Assembly (NCBI GenBank): GCA_015657735.1
Contig: SSSX01000392.1
Span: 1 to 58,231, forward strand
Reading direction: 5' to 3'
DNA: 58,231 nucleotides
Source: Zoogloeaceae bacterium
GTDB lineage: Bacteria > Pseudomonadota > Gammaproteobacteria > Burkholderiales > Rhodocyclaceae
Positions 53,443 through 58,231 of the stretch are shown piece after piece (within the stretch, counting starts at the first letter, position 1; the number at the start of each line of letters is the position of its first letter). Both the position numbers and the translations under genes were made by a program. A model generated the notes under the pieces. That model did no database searches. It saw only the letters and a program-made list of their open reading frames with translations, and was not told the origin of the DNA.

Positions 53443-54840
53443 ATGGCCACAATCTCATCGGCAGGAGTCGGCTCCGGCATCAATGTCGAGTCCCTCGTCA
53501 GTTCGCTGATGTCGGTTGAAAAGCAGCCACTCACCAAACTGCAGGCGCAGCAGACCAGCTATCAATCGAAGATTTCGGCGCTCGGCACGCTGAAGAGCGG
53601 GCTGTCCGCACTGCAGACCGCCGCCAAGGCCCTGACGCCGGCAACCGGCAGCACTGCAACGGCATCTTTTTCCGCCTACAAGGCAAGTCTTGCCGATTCG
53701 ACGATCGCCACCGCCACGACGACCAACGCCGCCGTCGCCGGCAGCTATTCGCTCGAAGTCACTGCCCTCGCCACCAGCCAGCGCCTCGCCCTTGGCAAAA
53801 CCTACGCCCCCGGCGCCGCGGTGCTCGACTTCGGCTCCGACAGCACCCGCACGCTGACCATCACCAAAGGCAGCACCGCCACCAACATCACCCTCGACAC
53901 CAGCCAGAACAGCCTGGCCGGCGTCCGCGACGCCATCAACAAGGCCGAGGCCGGAGTCAGCGCCTCGATCGTCACCGACACCTCAGGCAAGCAGAACCTG
54001 CTCCTCACCGCCACCACCGGCGGCACCGCCAACGCGGTCAGCATCTCCGGCACCGCCGAGTTCATCGACCCCGCCGCCTCCGGCAGCCCGATCGCCGCCG
54101 CCAGCGCCTTCACCCAGACCCAGGCTGCCACCGACGCCGCGGTAAAGATCCAGGGCGTATCGATCGCCACCAGCGGCAACACGATCAGCAACGCCATCGA
54201 CGGCATCACCCTCGAACTGGCCAAGACCGGCACCACGACCCTCACCGTGGCCCGCGACAACACCGACCTGAAAAGCAAGCTCGACAGCTTCGTCAGCGCC
54301 TACAACAGCCTCAACACCTCGATCAAGAGCCTCGGCGCCTACAACGCCGCGACCAAGACCGGCGCAGTCCTGAACGGCGACTCGACGCTGCGCAGCATCC
54401 AGTCGCAGCTGCGCAGCGCACTCACCAGCGTCCCCGGCAGCCTCAGCGGCGCCAGCTACAAGGTGCTCAGCGACATCGGGATCGCCTTCCAGAGCGACGG
54501 CAGCCTGAAGATCGACAGCACCAAGTTCGACAAGGCGGCCAGCACCAACTTCTCGGCCACCGCGGCGGCCATCGGCGCCTACGGCAGCGCGCTGAAGACG
54601 ACCACCACCAACCTGCTCGCCAGCAACGGCGTGATCGCCAGCCGCACCGACGGACTCAACAGCAGCATCAAGTCGATCGGCAACCAGATCGACGCGTTCG
54701 AGACGCGCCTGACCGCGGTCGAAAAAACCTACCGCGCCAAGTTCACCGCCCTCGACACCACCATGACGAGCATGAGCACGACCAGCAGCTATCTGTCGCA
54801 GCAACTGACGCTCCTCAGCAACATGACGAGCAACGCCTAA
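53443..54840 (+). CDS. fliD: Flagellar filament cap protein
   Basis: ISSAGVGSGINV, GSYSLEV, FVSAYN, LNGDSTLR, YRAKFTALD, SSYLSQQL. Confidence 0.93.
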   Translation: MATISSAGVGSGINVESLVSSLMSVEKQPLTKLQAQQTSYQSKISALGTLKSGLSALQTAAKALTPATGSTATASFSAYKASLADSTIATATTTNAAVAGSYSLEVTALATSQRLALGKTYAPGAAVLDFGSDSTRTLTITKGSTATNITLDTSQNSLAGVRDAINKAEAGVSASIVTDTSGKQNLLLTATTGGTANAVSISGTAEFIDPAASGSPIAAASAFTQTQAATDAAVKIQGVSIATSGNTISNAIDGITLELAKTGTTTLTVARDNTDLKSKLDSFVSAYNSLNTSIKSLGAYNAATKTGAVLNGDSTLRSIQSQLRSALTSVPGSLSGASYKVLSDIGIAFQSDGSLKIDSTKFDKAASTNFSATAAAIGAYGSALKTTTTNLLASNGVIASRTDGLNSSIKSIGNQIDAFETRLTAVEKTYRAKFTALDTTMTSMSTTSSYLSQQLTLLSNMTSNA

Positions 54841-54861
54841 ACCCGACCGGAGAACCACGAG

Positions 54862-55275
54862 ATGTCGTTTGGCCTGGCTGCCAGCCGCGGAGCCGCCGCC
54901 TACAGCGCGGTCGGCGTCGAAACCGGAGTGTCCACCGCGGACCCCCACAAACTGATCCTGATGCTCTTCGAAGGCGCCCTGCTGCAGGTCGGCACGGCCG
55001 CCGCCGCGCTTGAGAACAAGGACGTACCCGCCAAGGGCAGCGCCATCTCGAAGGCCATCGACATCATCCTCAACGGCCTCAAGGTCAGCCTCGACTACGA
55101 GGCCGGCGGCGAACTCGCGCAGCGCCTGGGCGCCCTCTACGACTACATGACACAGCGGCTTCTCTACGCTAACCTGCACAACAGCCGGCCCGCGATGGAC
55201 GAGGTCACCTCCCTGCTCACCGACCTGAAAGACGCCTGGGCCTCGATCGGCAGCCCCGACCAGGCCAACAGCTAA
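54862..55275 (+). CDS. fliS: Flagellin export chaperone
   Basis: ADPHKLILMLFEGA, ISKAIDII, LGALYDYM, LKDAW. Confidence 0.95.
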   Translation: MSFGLAASRGAAAYSAVGVETGVSTADPHKLILMLFEGALLQVGTAAAALENKDVPAKGSAISKAIDIILNGLKVSLDYEAGGELAQRLGALYDYMTQRLLYANLHNSRPAMDEVTSLLTDLKDAWASIGSPDQANS

Positions 55276-55293
55276 GCCTCGCGGAGACCATTC

Positions 55294-55641
55294 ATGAGTT
55301 CCCTTGCCCTCCTGGAACAGATGAGCCACTACTCCACCGAAATGGTGGACGCGGCCCGTGCCAACGACTGGGATCGCCTGACCCGCCTCGAGAAGCAGGT
55401 CGCCTCGCTGCGCGACCGCATCGGCGTCGAAGAAGCGCTGGCCTTCCCGAGCCGCCCGCGACGCATGTCCGACGACGAACGCAGCCGCAAGATCGCGCTG
55501 ATCCGGCGCATCCTCGACGACGACAAGGAAGTGCGCACCCACACCGAACCGTGGATGGACAGCGTCCGCCAGCTGCTCTCGGGTGGCGTGCGCGAACGCA
55601 AGCTGCGCAACGCCTACGGCGACGAGGACAGCGGGGCCTGA
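55294..55641 (+). CDS. fliT: Flagellar chaperone FliT
   Basis: MVDAARANDWDRL, LIRRILDDDKEVR; follows fliS. Confidence 0.85.
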   Translation: MSSLALLEQMSHYSTEMVDAARANDWDRLTRLEKQVASLRDRIGVEEALAFPSRPRRMSDDERSRKIALIRRILDDDKEVRTHTEPWMDSVRQLLSGGVRERKLRNAYGDEDSGA

Positions 55642-55672
55642 CCCACCGCCGAGCGGCCGGCAGGGTCACGTC

Positions 55673-56767
55673 ATGATCCCCAGCGACCTGGCCTCCCGGC
55701 TGCGGATGCTCAGCGAGGCAAGCTTCTTCTCCGGCGAGCCGACCCTCGCGCCCCTCGCCCGCGTCAGGGCGATTCCCGGCAACCTGCCCGACTTCACCCC
55801 CGGCCAGCGCATCGTCGCCAACCTGCAGGCGCCGCGCGCCGACAACACCTACCAGGCCCGCGTCGACGGCCGCGAAGTGACCCTCGCGCTGCCGCAGACG
55901 GTCAAGGCCGGTGACACCCTCGAACTCGTCGTCAGCCACGTCACCGCGCAGGCCGTCTTCGCGACCCTCGCCCAGCCGGCCGCCGACGCCGCCGCCAGCA
56001 CCGCCCGCCTGCCGGCGCTGAGCCAAGCCGGCCGCCTGATCGGCTTCCTGCTCACCGGCCAGCCGGCGGCCGCTGCCGCCAGCCTCAACGGCGGCGAGCC
56101 GCTGCTCGCGGCGCCGCCGCAAGATGCCGGCGCCAGCGCCGCCCTCGCCGCCCGTCTCGGCAGCGCGGTCGGCCAGAGCGGCCTGTTTTACGAATCCCAC
56201 CAGGCCCGCTGGCTGGCCGGGCAGGTCGAGACCGCCGCGCTGCAGCAGGAACCCCAGGGGCGGATCGCCAGCCGCGCGGCCATCGCCGGCGAGCCGCCAG
56301 GCGTCGCCAGCCCCGCCCCGCCCGGCAGCCCCGAAACCTCCGCCAACCCCGCGGCCACCACCGCCCGCGCCGCCGCCGAGCCGGCCGCCCCGATCCCCGA
56401 GCGCCTGCTGCCCCTCGTGCATCAGCAGCTCGACGCCATCGCCACCCACCAGATCACGTGGCAGGGGCAGGTCTGGCCCGGCCAGACGATGGAATGGGAA
56501 ATCGAAGATCCACAGCAGGAGCGCGGCAATGCCGACGACACCGCCGAACCCTACTGGAACACCACGCTGCGCCTGAGTCTGCCCAGTCTGGGCGGCGTCG
56601 AAGCCAAACTTCACCTCACCCCGGCCGGCGTCGCGGTGCGCCTGATCGCCGACAGCGAAGCCACCCGCAGCACCCTCGACACCGCCCGGCAGCGCCTCGC
56701 CGACGCCCTCGACGCCGCCAATGTTCCGCTCACCGGCCTCGTCGCCGAACGTCGGAGCACACCGTGA
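55673..56767 (+). CDS. FliK-like (hook-length control domain) protein
   Basis: SGLFYESHQARW, WQGQVWPGQTMEWEI, WNTTLRLSLPSLG; typical neighbour of fliT and the FlhB-like gene. Confidence 0.75.
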   Translation: MIPSDLASRLRMLSEASFFSGEPTLAPLARVRAIPGNLPDFTPGQRIVANLQAPRADNTYQARVDGREVTLALPQTVKAGDTLELVVSHVTAQAVFATLAQPAADAAASTARLPALSQAGRLIGFLLTGQPAAAAASLNGGEPLLAAPPQDAGASAALAARLGSAVGQSGLFYESHQARWLAGQVETAALQQEPQGRIASRAAIAGEPPGVASPAPPGSPETSANPAATTARAAAEPAAPIPERLLPLVHQQLDAIATHQITWQGQVWPGQTMEWEIEDPQQERGNADDTAEPYWNTTLRLSLPSLGGVEAKLHLTPAGVAVRLIADSEATRSTLDTARQRLADALDAANVPLTGLVAERRSTP

Positions 56768-57081
56768 ATCGCCCCGAACACCCCGGCGAACAGCGCGCTG
56801 AAGCGGTCGCGCTGGCCTACAACGCCGGCCAGTCGGCCCCCACCGTGGTCGCCAAGGGGCGCGGCCTGATCGCCGCCGAGATCGTCTCGCGGGCCCGCGA
56901 GGCCGGCGTGTATGTTCACGAATCGCCCGAACTGGTCGCCTTGCTGATGCAGGTCGACCTCGACGCGCGCATTCCGCCCGAACTCTACGTCGCCGTCGCC
57001 GAGCTGCTGGCCTGGCTGTACAGCCTCGAAAGCGGCGCCCAAAAGCCGACGGCCCCGCAAACCGGGGCCGTCGGGGCGTGA
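56764..57081 (+). CDS. FlhB C-terminal-like (EscU/YscU family) protein
   Basis: AVALAY, APTVVAKGRG, IPPELYVAVAELLAW; GTG start overlapping the upstream stop. Confidence 0.88.
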   Translation: MNRPEHPGEQRAEAVALAYNAGQSAPTVVAKGRGLIAAEIVSRAREAGVYVHESPELVALLMQVDLDARIPPELYVAVAELLAWLYSLESGAQKPTAPQTGAVGA

Positions 57082-57097
57082 CGCGGAGAAACCGCGC

Positions 57098-57370
57098 TCA
57101 GTTGCTCGGCGGCACGTAGCCGCTGACCTGATCGGCACCGCCGCCGAAGAAATAGCGCTCCATCTGCTCGGCCAGATACTTGCGCGCCCGGGCATCCATC
57201 AAATTGAGGCGGTTTTCGTTGATCAGCATCGTCTGGTGCTTGACCCACTGCTGCCAGCCTTCCTTCGAGACGTTCTCGAAGACGCGCTTGCCGAGTTCGC
57301 CGGGAAGCGGCGGAACATCGAGACCTTCGGCCTCGCGACCGAGCTTCACACAATTCACCATCCGTGCCAT
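57098..57370 (-). CDS. yggX: Fe(II)-trafficking/oxidative damage protection protein
   Basis: [34 protein letters not shown]. Confidence 0.93.
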   Translation of the reverse strand: MARMVNCVKLGREAEGLDVPPLPGELGKRVFENVSKEGWQQWVKHQTMLINENRLNLMDARARKYLAEQMERYFFGGGADQVSGYVPPSN

Positions 57371-57451
57371 GTATCACCTCTTGAGTTGGAATTGCCGGAG
57401 CGGTTGGCCCGCGGCCGGCAAGGTGGCGAGATTCTAGCCTTCCGCGCCGCC

Positions 57452-58231
57452 TCAATCCACCGCCATGCGGGAGGTTTCCCGCGCAAACTCCCAGCAGTTG
57501 CCGCCGAGCGCCTTGGCCAGATACATGGCCCGGTCGGCGGCGCCGATCAGCGCCTCGGTGTCGTCGCCGTTGCGGGTGCTGAGGGCAATGCCGATGCTCG
57601 CCGAAACGCTGGCGGCATCGTTCTCGAACGAGAAACGCAGCCCGGCGATGCACGCGCACACCCGCCGCGCCAGTTCGGCCAGGCCCTGGGCCGCCGCCGA
57701 CGGCACGAGGATCGCGAACTCGTCGCCGCCCATCCGGAAGAACATCTCGTTGCGCCGCACCACGGCACCGACCGCGGCGGCCAGCCCGATCAGCACTTCG
57801 TCGCCGGCCGGGTGGCCGAAGCGGTCGTTGACCGGCTTGAAGCCGTCCAGGTCGATGGCCAGCAGGCCCACGCCCTCCCGGTGGCGCCGCCCGTCGGCCA
57901 GCATGCGCTCGAGCTCCTCGTGGAAGCGGCGGCGGTTGAAAAGATTGGTGAGCGGATCGCGTTCGGCCAGATGCAGCAGCTGGCGCGCCACCCGGCGCTG
58001 CTCGGTGATGTCCTCGAAAACCCAGATCCGCCCGATGGCACGGTTTCCGTCCGGCCCGGCGACGACGCGGGAGAAATCGGTGACGACCCGGCCGTCCTTG
58101 AAATGGAACTCGTAGGGCTCGGTCGGCTCCCGGCACTGCACCACCTCGGCCACATGCCGCAGGTAGCCGGCGCCGTCGTCGAGGAACTGCAGCACGTACT
58201 GCTGCAGCACCACGTCGCGCACGCCGACGAA
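57452..58231 (-). CDS. PAS-GGDEF diguanylate cyclase, C-terminal part; 5' end outside the window
   Basis: DPLTNLFNRR, DLDGFKPVNDRFGH, RMGGDEF, SASIG, ADRAMYLAK. Confidence 0.9.
   Translation of the reverse strand, partial: FVGVRDVVLQQYVLQFLDDGAGYLRHVAEVVQCREPTEPYEFHFKDGRVVTDFSRVVAGPDGNRAIGRIWVFEDITEQRRVARQLLHLAERDPLTNLFNRRRFHEELERMLADGRRHREGVGLLAIDLDGFKPVNDRFGHPAGDEVLIGLAAAVGAVVRRNEMFFRMGGDEFAILVPSAAAQGLAELARRVCACIAGLRFSFENDAASVSASIGIALSTRNGDDTEALIGAADRAMYLAKALGGNCWEFARETSRMAVD

Overview
A very GC-rich (~70%) chromosomal segment, probably from a betaproteobacterium (Rhodocyclales-like by gene content; inference). I see no rRNA, tRNA, CRISPR array or mobile element. Left to right: the 3' end of an AlkA-type glycosylase; an orphan TRAP DctP; a PlcP-like metallophosphoesterase plus GT4 pair preceded by 11-bp-spaced Pho-box-like repeats; an unexplained low-GC array of twelve 21-bp degenerate repeats; a stand-alone 2Fe-2S protein; yaiI; a ThiF + nitroreductase + CDF operon divergent from an ABC permease + ExoAT/FeeM-type acyltransferase (resembles a split oxazolone-synthetase system); a 7-gene Mrp antiporter; a phasin-like protein; an NfsA-like reductase; a PEP-CTERM GDSL hydrolase; an Nrt-type ABC transporter with a readable NtrC/IHF/sigma54/ANTAR leader and nasT; a CHASE-PAS kinase with REC-Ser kinase and REC-PAS-PP2C (partner-switch-like); a DUF2892-RND-MFP cluster with a palindromic operator; cbiX, M23 peptidase and tcdA; a ~15 kb probable flagellin glycosylation island; fliC-flaG-fliD-fliS-fliT-fliK-like-flhB-like; yggX; and a partial GGDEF gene. 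The best candidates for an undescribed system are (1) the glycan island, where CDP-3,6-dideoxy genes, a ThDP carboligase and a NeuB-family synthase with no CMP-transferase suggest a new route to a long-chain acyl-branched sugar, (2) the split ThiF/nitroreductase + N-acyltransferase cluster, and (3) the 21-bp repeat array. All product calls come from motifs read by eye; no database search was run.
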